Positions 1 through 9,419 of a stretch of 64,000 bases of DNA are shown here, piece by piece. Location: assembly GCA_021799275.1 (NCBI GenBank), contig JAJZAT010000002.1:1293-65292 (forward strand), written 5' to 3'. How positions within the stretch are numbered: the first letter of the stretch is position 1; each line of letters begins with the position of its first letter. Source of the DNA: Bacillota bacterium. Its GTDB lineage: Bacteria > Bacillota > Sulfobacillia > JAJZYS01 > JAJYTV01. Below the pieces are notes generated by a model. It was not told the DNA's origin and did no database searches. It saw only the letters and a list, made by a program, of their open reading frames with translations. Made by a program: the position numbers and the translations under genes.

Positions 1-1923
1 CTGCGCGAGCTGCGATGCGATCCGCAGGTCCGTGTCAGGACCTTGCAGCAGGACGTCCGGGCCATGCTGCGGCAGGCCGCGGCGTGGAAGTCCCTGAGCG
101 GCCAGGACTCCCCGCCGCCCGAGCTGCCAGAGGCGGACCGGCTGCTCGAACTGGTCGAGGGCCTCAGGGCGCCGCTGCTCAAACTTTCGTCGATGCTCGG
201 TCCCCGGCTCCTGGAGGGCCGTTCGCTCGCGAGCCTCGGCGACCTGATCGCGGGGCTCGCGCGGGATCAGGTGACGCCGCATCGCCTGCCGGTCGCGCTG
301 ACGATCGGCGAGGAACTCGCAAGGCACGGGGCGCTCGACATCGCCCGCGAGATCATCGGGCGCAAGATCGCTCCGGCGATCTGGCCGCAGGCCTTCGAGT
401 TTCTCTGGCTGCAGGCGTGCCTCAACCAGGCGAAAGCCGAGGAGCCGGAACTGAGCGGGCTCTACGGGCGCGATCTCGACCGCCTGCGCCGGAGCCTTCT
501 GGACCTCGAGCGGGAGGAGATGAAGGCGGCCGCCGGAGCGGTGGCGCTCGGCCAGCGTCGGCGCGCGGCGCTGGCCGTGGCGGAGCATCCCGAGCAGGCC
601 CGGCTCCTGCGCGAAGAGGCGTCTCGCGCGGATATGCCACTGACAGCCCTGCTCGCGGCGGCGCCCGACGTGCTCCTTGCCCTCTTCCCGTGCTGGCTCG
701 CGAGCCCCTGGGCCGTGAGCCAGATCGTGGACGGCGAGCGCCGCCCGTTCGACGTCGTGCTCTGCGACGAGGCGGGGCAACTGCCGCTGGAGCCCACGCT
801 CGGGGCGATCAGCCGGGGCTCCCGGCTGGTGCTCGCGGGAGACAGGCGCCAGCTGCCGCCCACTGGCACGGCGGGTCCCATGCGCAGCCTCATGGAAGCC
901 TGCGCCTTCCTGCCGAGCTACCGGCTCGGCTGGCACTACCGCAGCCTCGACGAGGCCCTCTTCGCGTTCGCGGACCGAAACGTCTACGATGGCGCCGTCC
1001 GCACCTTTCCGGGCCGCCTTGGCCACGGCGCGGGCCTCAGGCACGTCCTGCTGGCGGGGCCGAGCGGCGCGGAGCGCCGGGATGCCCCGATGCAGGACCT
1101 CGCGCCGCTCCTGGACCTCGTCCTGCGGCAGGCCGAGGCCCATCCGGACGAGTCGCTCGGGGTGGTCGCGCTGACGCCGGCGCAAGCGAGGCGCATCGAA
1201 GCCGCCCTCTACGAACGGCTGCAGGCCAGGCCGGACCTCCAGCCCTTCTTCAGCCAGGGTCGGCCCGAGCGCTTCTTCGTCAAGCCTGTGGATCTCGTCC
1301 AGGGCGATGAGCGCGACGGCGTGATCCTGGCGATCGGCATCGACGATCCCGCGCAGGAGTTCGCGCTGCTCTGGGGACCGACCGGCCTCGGCCGCCTCAA
1401 CGTCGCCACCACCCGCGCCAGGCGGCGCATGACAGTCGCCTCGCGGCTGCGGCGCGAGGATGTCCCCGACATCGGGCCAGGCAGCGGCGTGGCGCTCCTG
1501 CGGGAGTTGCTGCAGTTCGTCGAGATGCGCCACGAAGGCGCCATGGCGGCGGAGCTGACGGACGAGCCGGTGAATCCCCTCGAGGAGGAGCTCGCGTTCT
1601 TTCCCGAGCAGGTCTACTTCGCGCTGCGCGACCAGGGCCTCGACGTGGTGCCGCAGTATGGCGCCATGCGCCACCTGGTGGACCTCGCGGTGCGCCACCC
1701 CGAGCGTCCCGGGGAGTATATCCTGGCCATCGCCTGCGACGCCCAGGAGCGCCACGCGGCGCCGACCCGGCGCGACGACGACAGACAGCGCCAGCTCGAG
1801 CGGCTCGGCTGGCGCCTGCACAGGACGTGGGCCGGGGATTGGGCGGCGGACCGCGAGGGCGAGATCGCGCGGGTACTCGAGGCTTACCGCGCCGCCGCGC
1901 GCCAGGCAGCGGACAGGAGCTAG
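1..1923 (+). CDS. C-terminal part of a superfamily 1 (UPF1/DNA2-like, AAA_11/AAA_12) helicase with a C-terminal Vsr/MTES_1575-like nuclease domain; 5' truncated by the window edge
   Basis: Frame is open from base 1. Motifs: FDVVLCDEAGQ (II), GDRRQLPP (III), WHYRS (IV), VQGDERD (V), RLNVATTRAR (VI). C-terminal DLAV...AIACD...LERLGWRLHRTW. Confidence 0.8.
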   Translation: MRELRCDPQVRVRTLQQDVRAMLRQAAAWKSLSGQDSPPPELPEADRLLELVEGLRAPLLKLSSMLGPRLLEGRSLASLGDLIAGLARDQVTPHRLPVALTIGEELARHGALDIAREIIGRKIAPAIWPQAFEFLWLQACLNQAKAEEPELSGLYGRDLDRLRRSLLDLEREEMKAAAGAVALGQRRRAALAVAEHPEQARLLREEASRADMPLTALLAAAPDVLLALFPCWLASPWAVSQIVDGERRPFDVVLCDEAGQLPLEPTLGAISRGSRLVLAGDRRQLPPTGTAGPMRSLMEACAFLPSYRLGWHYRSLDEALFAFADRNVYDGAVRTFPGRLGHGAGLRHVLLAGPSGAERRDAPMQDLAPLLDLVLRQAEAHPDESLGVVALTPAQARRIEAALYERLQARPDLQPFFSQGRPERFFVKPVDLVQGDERDGVILAIGIDDPAQEFALLWGPTGLGRLNVATTRARRRMTVASRLRREDVPDIGPGSGVALLRELLQFVEMRHEGAMAAELTDEPVNPLEEELAFFPEQVYFALRDQGLDVVPQYGAMRHLVDLAVRHPERPGEYILAIACDAQERHAAPTRRDDDRQRQLERLGWRLHRTWAGDWAADREGEIARVLEAYRAAARQAADRS

Positions 1924-3317
1924 ACGGCGCCCCCCGGCACCATGATCGCGTCCACCATGCCGTGGATGATCTTCTTGTCCTGCGGGCAGATCGTCGCCAG
2001 CACCCCTCCGAGCTCGACACCGTCGCCCTGGCGGAAGTAGTACGGACAGAGCCGGACGCGGCCGGACATCGTCACGACCTCGCCCCGGCTGAAGTCGTAG
2101 TAGTCGTGGCCCAGAACCTTGGCCTTATGGTAGCGCTGCAGGATCCAGCGCGTGTGGGCGAACGCGCCGAGCGCCTCGTCCACCGCCGCCTGCCAGGCCT
2201 CCTGGGGGGTGTCCTCGCCGATGTGGACGCCGCGGCTGCCCCAGGCGATCTCGGAGAAGCCGGACGGCTTGAGGACCCAGTCGGCGCGCTCGCGCTTGCC
2301 CATCTCGCCTAGGCGCCGCAGGTCCTGGAGCGGGTGGCCGCAGGCCGTGAGGCCCGCCACCACCGCGTGCGGCGGTACGGGACGCGGGTCGATGAGGTAG
2401 GTCTCCGGAATCAGGGTTCTGAGGCGTGCGAGCCGCTCCGCACCCAGCTGGACGGTCCAGGTCGGCTCGAGCACCGGATGGTGCACGAGGGCGAACCAGA
2501 GCTTCTCCTCGAACTGCGGCCGGATCGGCGGCGTGATGCGGACGAGGTCCTTGCGCTGGGCGTAGAGGAAGAGGTCCGCCTTCGGCACGTTGCGCAGGTC
2601 GAAGAGCTCGAAGAAGCGATAGAGCACGTCGATCCGCCTGCCCTCGACGTAGAGCCCGTCCTCCTGGAAGAGGACGTCGCGCGGCGGCACGCAGTAGACC
2701 GCGTGGCCGCGCCCCCGCAAGGCCAGGGCGACATGCTCCATCTCGGGCCGGTAATCCTCGGACTCCTGCGAGACGACGATCGCCACGGTGGGGTCGTCCT
2801 TGCCCGCCGTGAGGGCCATGGCCCGCATGAAACCGTCCAGCACGCCGGTCGGACCACCGATGACGTCCTGGCCGAGCGCGGCATAGACGTCCTGCAGGGC
2901 CGCGAGCTCCCCGAACCCGCCCGGGACGGAGTCGATCTCGGTGGCGATGAAATCGTCGCCGGGGAGCAGGAGGAGATCCGGGCGGATAAAGGCCGGGAGC
3001 TGGCGTCGCAGCCGTTTCATCTGGCTGAAGCGCACCACGTCCTCCGGTTTGCCCATATCGAGGTACTCGGCGACGAAATGCAGCTCAGGGCGTTGCAAGG
3101 CCTGGTGATAGACTTCCTGCTGCGCCTGGGCGAACGCCCAGAGATCCTCCCCGATCTGCCGCAGGCGCTGCCGCTGCGAGTGGCCGAGCGGCATGACGCT
3201 CGTGCCGATCCGCCAGCTGACGCGCTGTCCGGGCGGTGCAGGGCGCCGCCGGCTCTGAAAGAGGTGCTCCTGCGCGAGCACATCCTCGAGCCAGGTCGCC
3301 TCCGTCGCCTGGGACAA
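1920..3317 (-). CDS. Circularly permuted ATP-grasp (glutathionylspermidine-synthase-like) amide ligase, uncharacterised
   Basis: RPDLLL...ATEIDSVPGG, YRFFELFD, VLKPSGFSEIAWGSRGVHIG, WILQRY, RVRLCPYYF. TTG start at 3317 follows GGGGAGG. Confidence 0.65.
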   Translation of the reverse strand: MSQATEATWLEDVLAQEHLFQSRRRPAPPGQRVSWRIGTSVMPLGHSQRQRLRQIGEDLWAFAQAQQEVYHQALQRPELHFVAEYLDMGKPEDVVRFSQMKRLRRQLPAFIRPDLLLLPGDDFIATEIDSVPGGFGELAALQDVYAALGQDVIGGPTGVLDGFMRAMALTAGKDDPTVAIVVSQESEDYRPEMEHVALALRGRGHAVYCVPPRDVLFQEDGLYVEGRRIDVLYRFFELFDLRNVPKADLFLYAQRKDLVRITPPIRPQFEEKLWFALVHHPVLEPTWTVQLGAERLARLRTLIPETYLIDPRPVPPHAVVAGLTACGHPLQDLRRLGEMGKRERADWVLKPSGFSEIAWGSRGVHIGEDTPQEAWQAAVDEALGAFAHTRWILQRYHKAKVLGHDYYDFSRGEVVTMSGRVRLCPYYFRQGDGVELGGVLATICPQDKKIIHGMVDAIMVPGGAV

Positions 3318-3350
3318 TAGACCGCCTCCCCGTCCTGTCGACACTTGCCT

Positions 3351-3387
3351 AAAGAGAAGGGCGCCACCGCTGGCGCGGGGACGCCCT
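3351..3387 (-). terminator. Putative intrinsic terminator between the ALDH and ATP-grasp genes
   Basis: Minus-strand stem AGGGCGTC...GGCGCCCT followed by TCTCTTT. Confidence 0.45.
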
Positions 3388-3432
3388 GGCTTACCTTAGG
3401 TTAGCGCATGAACGCGATCGACACAATGCGAC

Positions 3433-4911
3433 TCAGGCGTCGATCTGCGCCCTCTGCAGCTGGCCGCTGAAGTCGACGTAGACGGACTTCCACTCGCTGA
3501 AGAAGTCGAGCGCAGCGACGCCCGCCTCGCGGTGCCCGTTGCCGGTGCCCTTGACGCCGCCGAAGGGCAGGTGGATCTCCGCGCCGGTCGTGCCGGCGTT
3601 GACGTAGAGGAGGCCGCTCTCGAGGTCGCGGATGGCGCGGAAGACGCGGTTGACGTCCTGCGTGAAGATCGAGGAGCTGAGGCCGTAGGTGACGCCGTTG
3701 TTGACGGCGATGGCCTCGTCGAAGTCCTTGACCTTGATCACGGACAGCACCGGTCCGAAGATCTCCTCCTTGGCGATGCGCATGTCGGGGCGCACGCCGG
3801 TGAAGAGCGTCGGGCGGTAGAAGCTGCCCTTGGCCAGCTCACCCTCGGTGGCGATGCCGCCGCCCACCACCATCTGCGCGCCTTCGGCCTTGCCGATCTC
3901 GACGTAGCGGTCGATGGACTGCGCCGCGCCTTGGTTGATCACGGGACCGACATCGGTCGTTTCCAGAAGGCCGTCGCCGAGGCGCAGGGTCTTGACGCGC
4001 GCAACCAGGCGCTCCACGAGCTCGTCGTGGATGGCCTCGTGCGCGATGACGCGCGAGCAGGCGGTGCAGCGCTGGCCCGATGTGCCGTAGGCGCTCCAGA
4101 TGATGCCGTCCAGGGCGAGATCGAGGTTCGCGTCGTCCATGACGATGACGGCGTTCTTGCCGCCCAGCTCGAGCGAGACGCGCTTGAGGCCCTTGCCGGC
4201 CTCCTGCGCGACGTGGCGGCCGACCTCGTTCGAACCGGTGAACGAGATGAGGCGCACGCGGTCGTCCTGGAGGAGCACCTCGCCGGCTACGGAGCCGGAG
4301 CCGAACACGAGGTTCATGACGCCCGGCGGCAGGCCCGCCTCCTCGAAGATCTTGACGAGCTCGAGGGCCAGCATCGGCGTGTCGGTCGCGGGCTTGAAGA
4401 CGACGGTGTTGCCGAGCACGATCGCCGGGAACGTCTTCCAGGTCGGGATCGCCATCGGGAAGTTCCACGGCGTGATGATGCCGGCGACGCCGATCGGGTC
4501 GCGCACGGCCATCGCAAACTTGTTCGGCAGCTCGGACGGCGTCGTGTGGCCGAAGGCGCGCCGGCCCTCGCCGGCCATGTAGAAGGCCATGTCGATGCCT
4601 TCCTGGACATCGCCGCGCGCTTCGACGAGCACCTTGCCCATCTCGCGCGTCATCTTGCGCGCCAGGTCCTCCTTGCGCTCGCGCAGGAGCGTGCCGACGC
4701 GGAACATGATCTCGGCCCGCTTCGGCGCCGGAACCTTGCGCCAGTGTTCGAACGTCTTGTGCGCGACGTCGATCGCGTGCTGCACATCGGCCGCCGACGA
4801 CTGCGGCACGCTGGCGATGACCTCGCCCGTGGCCGGGTTCACGTCGTCGATGCGCCGGTTGCCCTCCGCGTCTACCCACTTGCCGCCAATGTAATTGCGC
4901 AGTTCGACCAT
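3433..4911 (-). CDS. NAD(P)-dependent aldehyde dehydrogenase
   Basis: ITPWNFP, FTGS, LELGGKN (catalytic Glu), GQRCTA (catalytic Cys), EEIFGP, PFGG. The start could be 4965 instead. Confidence 0.93.
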   Translation of the reverse strand: MVELRNYIGGKWVDAEGNRRIDDVNPATGEVIASVPQSSAADVQHAIDVAHKTFEHWRKVPAPKRAEIMFRVGTLLRERKEDLARKMTREMGKVLVEARGDVQEGIDMAFYMAGEGRRAFGHTTPSELPNKFAMAVRDPIGVAGIITPWNFPMAIPTWKTFPAIVLGNTVVFKPATDTPMLALELVKIFEEAGLPPGVMNLVFGSGSVAGEVLLQDDRVRLISFTGSNEVGRHVAQEAGKGLKRVSLELGGKNAVIVMDDANLDLALDGIIWSAYGTSGQRCTACSRVIAHEAIHDELVERLVARVKTLRLGDGLLETTDVGPVINQGAAQSIDRYVEIGKAEGAQMVVGGGIATEGELAKGSFYRPTLFTGVRPDMRIAKEEIFGPVLSVIKVKDFDEAIAVNNGVTYGLSSSIFTQDVNRVFRAIRDLESGLLYVNAGTTGAEIHLPFGGVKGTGNGHREAGVAALDFFSEWKSVYVDFSGQLQRAQIDA

Positions 4912-4996
4912 GTTCGCCGGGCTTCTCGGACCGCATCGCGGGATGCGGCCCTCCCGGACTCCCACCTTTCCACGAATGATTTGCGACCGGCCGCGC

Positions 4997-5191
4997 TCAG
5001 TCGTCCGTCTTCCCGCCGCTCCAGGGGTCGGTTTCGTAAACGGTCAGAAGGAAGCCGTCACCTTGGCGCGCGACGCCGAAGATGAGGCCACGCCGTTTGA
5101 GCGCGCGATTGAGAAACGTCACCAGGACGTGCGGCTCGATGGGATCGTCCAGTTCGGTCCTGGCGATCTCCGGCAAACTTTGCGGGCTCAT
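4997..5191 (-). CDS. ypmA: YpmA family (DUF4264) small protein
   Basis: 64 aa; LVTFLNRALKRRGLIFGVA...LTVYET resembles the YpmA pattern IVDTLNRTLK..LMFGLA...TIY. Confidence 0.7.
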   Translation of the reverse strand: MSPQSLPEIARTELDDPIEPHVLVTFLNRALKRRGLIFGVARQGDGFLLTVYETDPWSGGKTDD

Positions 5192-5353
5192 GCGGCGATG
5201 GCGCCGACGACCATGCGCTCAACCTCCAATAGCGAGCATAGGTGGACGGACGGCGGCGGTCAACGGCCGAGCAGGCAGGCTCTCCCTCCGCTGTCCCTGC
5301 AGAACGGCTTGCCGCTTCAAGCTCCGGCTGGTGTTCGCACCGCGAACTGGGCG

Positions 5354-5383
5354 ACATAACGCGACGCCCGCGTGACAAAACTA
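5354..5383 (+). promoter_or_regulatory. Possible forespore sigma-G/F-type promoter of the SASP gene
   Basis: ACATA-N18-AAAACTA, a partial match to GHATA-N18-CAWWHTA. Confidence 0.35.
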
Positions 5384-5403
5384 GCATCGGGAGGTGACGT
5401 GGC

Positions 5404-5619
5404 TTGGCGCAGTGGACAAAGGGACCGGCGTTGCCGCGCGAGCAGCTCGACCGCTTCAAGTTCGAGATCGCCGAAGATCTCGGCATCCCGCTTACGAAGG
5501 GATACAACGGCGACATGACGACGCGCGAGGCCGGCCGCATCGGGGGACGGATCGGCGGCAACATGGTCAAGGTGATGATCCGCATGGCCGAGGAGGCCAT
5601 GGCGCGCGGCGAGGGCTAG
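5404..5619 (+). CDS. Alpha/beta-type small acid-soluble spore protein
   Basis: LDRFKFEIAEDLG (GPR cleavage motif), GDMTTREAGRIGG...GGNMVK. SD GGAGGTGA upstream. Confidence 0.88.
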   Translation: MAQWTKGPALPREQLDRFKFEIAEDLGIPLTKGYNGDMTTREAGRIGGRIGGNMVKVMIRMAEEAMARGEG

Positions 5620-5633
5620 CTCTTTTATCGTTG

Positions 5634-5660
5634 GCCGGCGGGGTTCCCCGCCGGCTTCTT
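5634..5660 (+). terminator. Intrinsic terminator after the SASP gene
   Basis: GCCGGCGGGG-TT-CCCCGCCGGC then TTCTT. Confidence 0.65.
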
Positions 5661-5782
5661 CATGGCTTCTAAGCTCCGGGGTGCCAACCCGAGAAAAAAT
5701 TAACGCTGGTCGAAGAGACGTCCAATGGATGCCGGGGATACTCGGGAGAGGTCGGACGATCCGACCGGAAAGGGGCATTGCG

Positions 5783-6463
5783 ATGCAAAGAAAGCATCTT
5801 CTGATCGGCGCCCTGATCGGCGTGCCGATCCTGCTTGGCGGTGGCGCCATGGCGTTCGCGGCTTCGGGGGGAACCGCGGGCTCGCCGGCTCAGACGTTCA
5901 TCGCGGACGTCGCGAGCCATCTCGGCATCTCCACGGGCACGCTCGAGAGCGCCATGCAGCAGGCGCGGCTCGATCAGGTCCAGCAGATGCTGAGCCAGGG
6001 CAAAATCACGTCGGCTCAGGCGACGCAGATGGAGAACGTGATCAAGTCGGGCAAGCTCGGCTTCGGCCGGGGCTTCGGCGGCGGCATGCACGGGCGAGAT
6101 GGGCGGATGATGGGCGGCGGCCCCGGCGCGCTGCAGGCGGCGGCCAGCTACCTCGGCCTGACGCCGGCGCAGCTGCGCAGCGACCTCGGGGCCGGCAAGT
6201 CGCTGTCCGACATCGCGTCCTCGACCAGCGGCAAGACCTTGCAGGGGCTTGAGGCCGCCATCACGACCGCCATGCAGCAAGAGCTCCAGAAGGCGGTCAG
6301 CGCCGGCAAGCTGACGCAGTCCCAGGCGAGCGCACGCCAGCAGCAGGTGCAGACCCTCGTGCAGCAGTTCGTGATGCGCAAGGGTGGCGCCCTGGGGCAT
6401 GGTCCGTGGGGCCCGCCGCCAGGCGCGGGGCAGCCGCAAGGTACGCCACCGGCCACCAACTAG
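5783..6463 (+). CDS. Secreted helical Gly/Gln-rich hypothetical protein with an internal duplication
   Basis: Signal peptide MQRKHLLIGALIGVPILLGGGAMAFAA; repeats ASHLGIS/ASYLGLT and QGKITSAQA/AGKLTQSQA; SD AAAGGGG. Confidence 0.7.
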   Translation: MQRKHLLIGALIGVPILLGGGAMAFAASGGTAGSPAQTFIADVASHLGISTGTLESAMQQARLDQVQQMLSQGKITSAQATQMENVIKSGKLGFGRGFGGGMHGRDGRMMGGGPGALQAAASYLGLTPAQLRSDLGAGKSLSDIASSTSGKTLQGLEAAITTAMQQELQKAVSAGKLTQSQASARQQQVQTLVQQFVMRKGGALGHGPWGPPPGAGQPQGTPPATN

Positions 6464-6479
6464 GCCTTCCCCAGCACCG

Positions 6480-6514
6480 ACCGCCCCGCAGGCCTGATTC
6501 TGCGGGGCGGTTTC
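6480..6514. terminator. Hairpin terminator between convergent genes
   Basis: ACCGCCCCGCAG-N8-CTGCGGGGCGGT followed by TTC. Confidence 0.65.
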
Positions 6515-6526
6515 GTGCTCTCCCGG

Positions 6527-9406
6527 CTAGGCGTCCTCGCCCGGTGCGATGTCCGCGTCCGGCGGCAGGACATAGGCCTGGGCAACCGGTCGCAAGGGGC
6601 GCAGCAGCCAGCGCGGGCGGCGCAGTCCCTGCGCGCCGGCGGGCTTTGCCAGCCTTAGCCAGTCCCTGTAGACGGCGTGCGATTGCGCAAGGTCGACCTC
6701 GATGTCGCCGAAGGCGTCCCCCGGCTCGGCCTTCGTCACCGTGACCGCCTGATGCCACGCGTGGGCACCGGAGACGGGATCCGGGTGGACCGGGAAGATG
6801 AGGTTCTGGTGCACGCCGGAGTCCTGCCACCAGGCGTGTTCGCCGTCGCCTTGGCGGCCCGGTCCCCTCCCGCCTTCGCCGACGCGCCGCATCCGCCACT
6901 TGCCCGGCGACGTCTCCTCGAGCGATACGGTCGAGGAGGTCCAGGCGCCCGGGGCGCCGGTCGGGAGCCGCCACCGGCCGAGATGGTGCGAGCAGGCGAC
7001 GACGCCCGGCCGCATGCCTTCCGTGATCCAGACGCGGTTGACGAAGAAGCCGATCTTCGAGCGCACGCGCACGAGATCGCCGCGCTCGAGGCCGAGGCGC
7101 GCGGCATCCCCCGGGTGCATCCAGACCGGGTTGCCGTGCGCGATCTCGTTCAGCCACTTGGCGTTGCCGGAGCGGGTGTGCACGAGCGTCGGCAGGCGGA
7201 AGGTCGAGATCAGCACGAACTGCCCTTCGGCGAGGTTCTGCCGTCGCACGTGGCTCGGAATGTAGGTCGGGATGGCGTAGATGCCCCAGCCCCACGCCTT
7301 GAGCGTCGGCGAGTAGAATTCGAGCCTGCCCGAGGGCGTCGGGAAGCCGCGCACCGCCCTTTTGCCCACCATCACCCCGATCGGCCGGCCGAGGGGGCCT
7401 GGCTCGGGCGTGGGCAAGGGCTTCACGTCGAGGCGCGGCGGTGGCGCCGCCGCCGTGTAGACCCGCCCCGTCGCCTCGTCCACCGTGGCGTCGCGGAGTT
7501 CCTCCGGCGGCACCGGTTCGAGATGCTGGGCGAACGCGTCCCGGCGCACGACGAAGGCCGAGTAGCGGCGCATGTACTGCATCGGCGTCAGCCCTTCGCT
7601 GGCCGCCGCCTCGGGCAGGCCGGGCACGCTGTGCTCGAAGATCCAGCTGTAGTACTCCTCGACCGTGATCTTCTCGCCCGGTCTCCCCGGCGACTCGAAG
7701 TTGCGCCGGATGCCCATCGTGCCGTCCGGGTCGATGCGCCAGGAGAGCTCGATCCAGAACTCGTTCTCCTCCCAGACCTCGCCCGGGTTGGTCTCGTAGG
7801 TGAGGGCCGACGGCTCGCCGATCCGCTCGCTGTAGGCGCGGCCCACCGGCTGGCGGAAGGCGATCCACTGCTGGCCGTGCGTCTCGTAGGAGATGAGGTC
7901 GTGGCGCTCTGGCCCAAGGCCCATCGGCAGGACGTAGTCGGCGAACTGCGCCGTCTCGCTCCACGTCGGGCTGAGGCAGACGTGGAGGCCCACCTTGCGC
8001 TCGTCCTTGAACTGCTCGACCCAGGTCAGGCCGTCCGGGTTCGTCCAGACGGGGTTGTAGACGCGGGAGAAGTAGACGTCGAGCCGTCCTCTGCCCTCCT
8101 TGAGGAAGTGCGGCAGGAGGAAGCTCATCTCGTTGTGTGCCAGAGGGTACTCGCGCGGCCAGGTGAGCTCGTTCCAGCCCTTCACGGGCGGTGGCTCGAC
8201 CGGCGGGTGCGGCACGTACTTCGCCCAGGCGTTCGGCAGGGTGCCTCCCTCGGTGCCGACGGAACCGGTCAAGACGTTCAGGAAGAAGAGGGCGCGCGCC
8301 ACCATCCAGCCGCCCAGGTTGCCCGCGGCGGCGGAGCGCCAGACGTGGGCGGCGAAGCGGCTGCCGGCGCGGCCGATCTCCCGTGCGACCTCGCGGATCT
8401 GCCCTGCCGCGACACCGCTCTCGCTTTCCGCGAACTCGGGCGTGTAGCGGGCGTAGGTCTCTTTCAGGATCTCGAGGAAGCGCTCGAAGGAGGGCGGCTC
8501 CTGCGGGTGTTCCTCGCCGAGGTACTCCCGCCAGTTGACCCAGTCCTCGAGGAAGGGGCGGTCGTAGAGATCCTCCTGCAGCAGGATGTTCGCGATGGCG
8601 AGCAGGATGGCGGCCTCGGAACCCGGCCAGGCCGGCCACCACCAGTTGCCGTGCGACGCCGTGTTGGAGAGGCGCGGATCGATCACGAGGATCTTCGCGC
8701 CGTGCATCTTGGCCTCGATGATGCGCTGGGCATGCGGATTGAAGTAATGGCCGCTCTCGAGATGCGAGGAGAGCAGCAGGATGAAGCGGGCGTTCGCGAA
8801 GTCCGGCGCCGGCCGGTCGATGCCCATCCAGAACGCGTAGCCGGTGCGTGCGCCGGAGGAGCAGATGTTGGTGTGGCTGTTGTGTCCGTCGACGCCCCAG
8901 GCGGCCAGCACGCGCTCGGTGAAGCCGTCCTCGCCCGGGCGTCCGACATGGTACATGATCTCCTGGTTGCGGCCATCCTGGAGGGCCCTGCGCACGCGCC
9001 CGGCGATGTCGTCGAGCGCCTCGTCCCAGGAGACGCGCTCCCACTCCCCGGATCCACGCTCGCCTTTGCGGCGCAGCGGGTGGAGGATGCGATCGGGGTC
9101 CTTGACCTGGTTGATCGTCGCTGGTCCCTTGGCGCAGTTGCGCCCGCGGCTCGCGGGATGCGCGGGGTTGCCGACGAACTTCGCGATCTCGCGCGTCTCT
9201 TTGTCGACGTACGCCAGAAGGCCGCACGCCGCCTCGCAATTGAAGCAGATGGTCGGCACGAGGGCGTAGTGGCGCTCCACCTTTTTCGGCCATGCCTTCG
9301 CGTCGTACTCGACGTGGTCGTCCCAGCGCTCGGGCGAGGGATAGGCCTCTAGCCCGCTCGTCTGCTGCCCGCCGAAGGACGGCTCCCAGACGTGACTTTC
9401 CGACAT
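6527..9406 (-). CDS. Mo/W-bisPGD (DMSO-reductase superfamily, Psr/Phs/Soe-like) oxidoreductase catalytic subunit
   Basis: FS0 motif CFNCEAAC...NCAKG; RILHPLRRKGERGSGEWERVSWDEALD; HTNICSS (likely Cys ligand); FPTPSGRLEFYS; VWMHPGDA. No twin-Arg leader. Confidence 0.9.
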   Translation of the reverse strand: MSESHVWEPSFGGQQTSGLEAYPSPERWDDHVEYDAKAWPKKVERHYALVPTICFNCEAACGLLAYVDKETREIAKFVGNPAHPASRGRNCAKGPATINQVKDPDRILHPLRRKGERGSGEWERVSWDEALDDIAGRVRRALQDGRNQEIMYHVGRPGEDGFTERVLAAWGVDGHNSHTNICSSGARTGYAFWMGIDRPAPDFANARFILLLSSHLESGHYFNPHAQRIIEAKMHGAKILVIDPRLSNTASHGNWWWPAWPGSEAAILLAIANILLQEDLYDRPFLEDWVNWREYLGEEHPQEPPSFERFLEILKETYARYTPEFAESESGVAAGQIREVAREIGRAGSRFAAHVWRSAAAGNLGGWMVARALFFLNVLTGSVGTEGGTLPNAWAKYVPHPPVEPPPVKGWNELTWPREYPLAHNEMSFLLPHFLKEGRGRLDVYFSRVYNPVWTNPDGLTWVEQFKDERKVGLHVCLSPTWSETAQFADYVLPMGLGPERHDLISYETHGQQWIAFRQPVGRAYSERIGEPSALTYETNPGEVWEENEFWIELSWRIDPDGTMGIRRNFESPGRPGEKITVEEYYSWIFEHSVPGLPEAAASEGLTPMQYMRRYSAFVVRRDAFAQHLEPVPPEELRDATVDEATGRVYTAAAPPPRLDVKPLPTPEPGPLGRPIGVMVGKRAVRGFPTPSGRLEFYSPTLKAWGWGIYAIPTYIPSHVRRQNLAEGQFVLISTFRLPTLVHTRSGNAKWLNEIAHGNPVWMHPGDAARLGLERGDLVRVRSKIGFFVNRVWITEGMRPGVVACSHHLGRWRLPTGAPGAWTSSTVSLEETSPGKWRMRRVGEGGRGPGRQGDGEHAWWQDSGVHQNLIFPVHPDPVSGAHAWHQAVTVTKAEPGDAFGDIEVDLAQSHAVYRDWLRLAKPAGAQGLRRPRWLLRPLRPVAQAYVLPPDADIAPGEDA

Positions 9407-9419
9407 GTCGTCGCCTCCT

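Noticed and set aside
3345..3432. ACCTAAGGT...GCCAGGG resembling a Moco/Tuco riboswitch, and TTAGGTTAG resembling a DtxR half-site
   Set aside because: The remaining conserved elements (CCTCCCG...GGAAAGG, or the second half-site) are absent, and the downstream gene is unrelated.
6527..9406. Formate dehydrogenase or selenoprotein call for the molybdoenzyme
   Set aside because: No in-frame TGA and no RxC/UH formate dehydrogenase motif.
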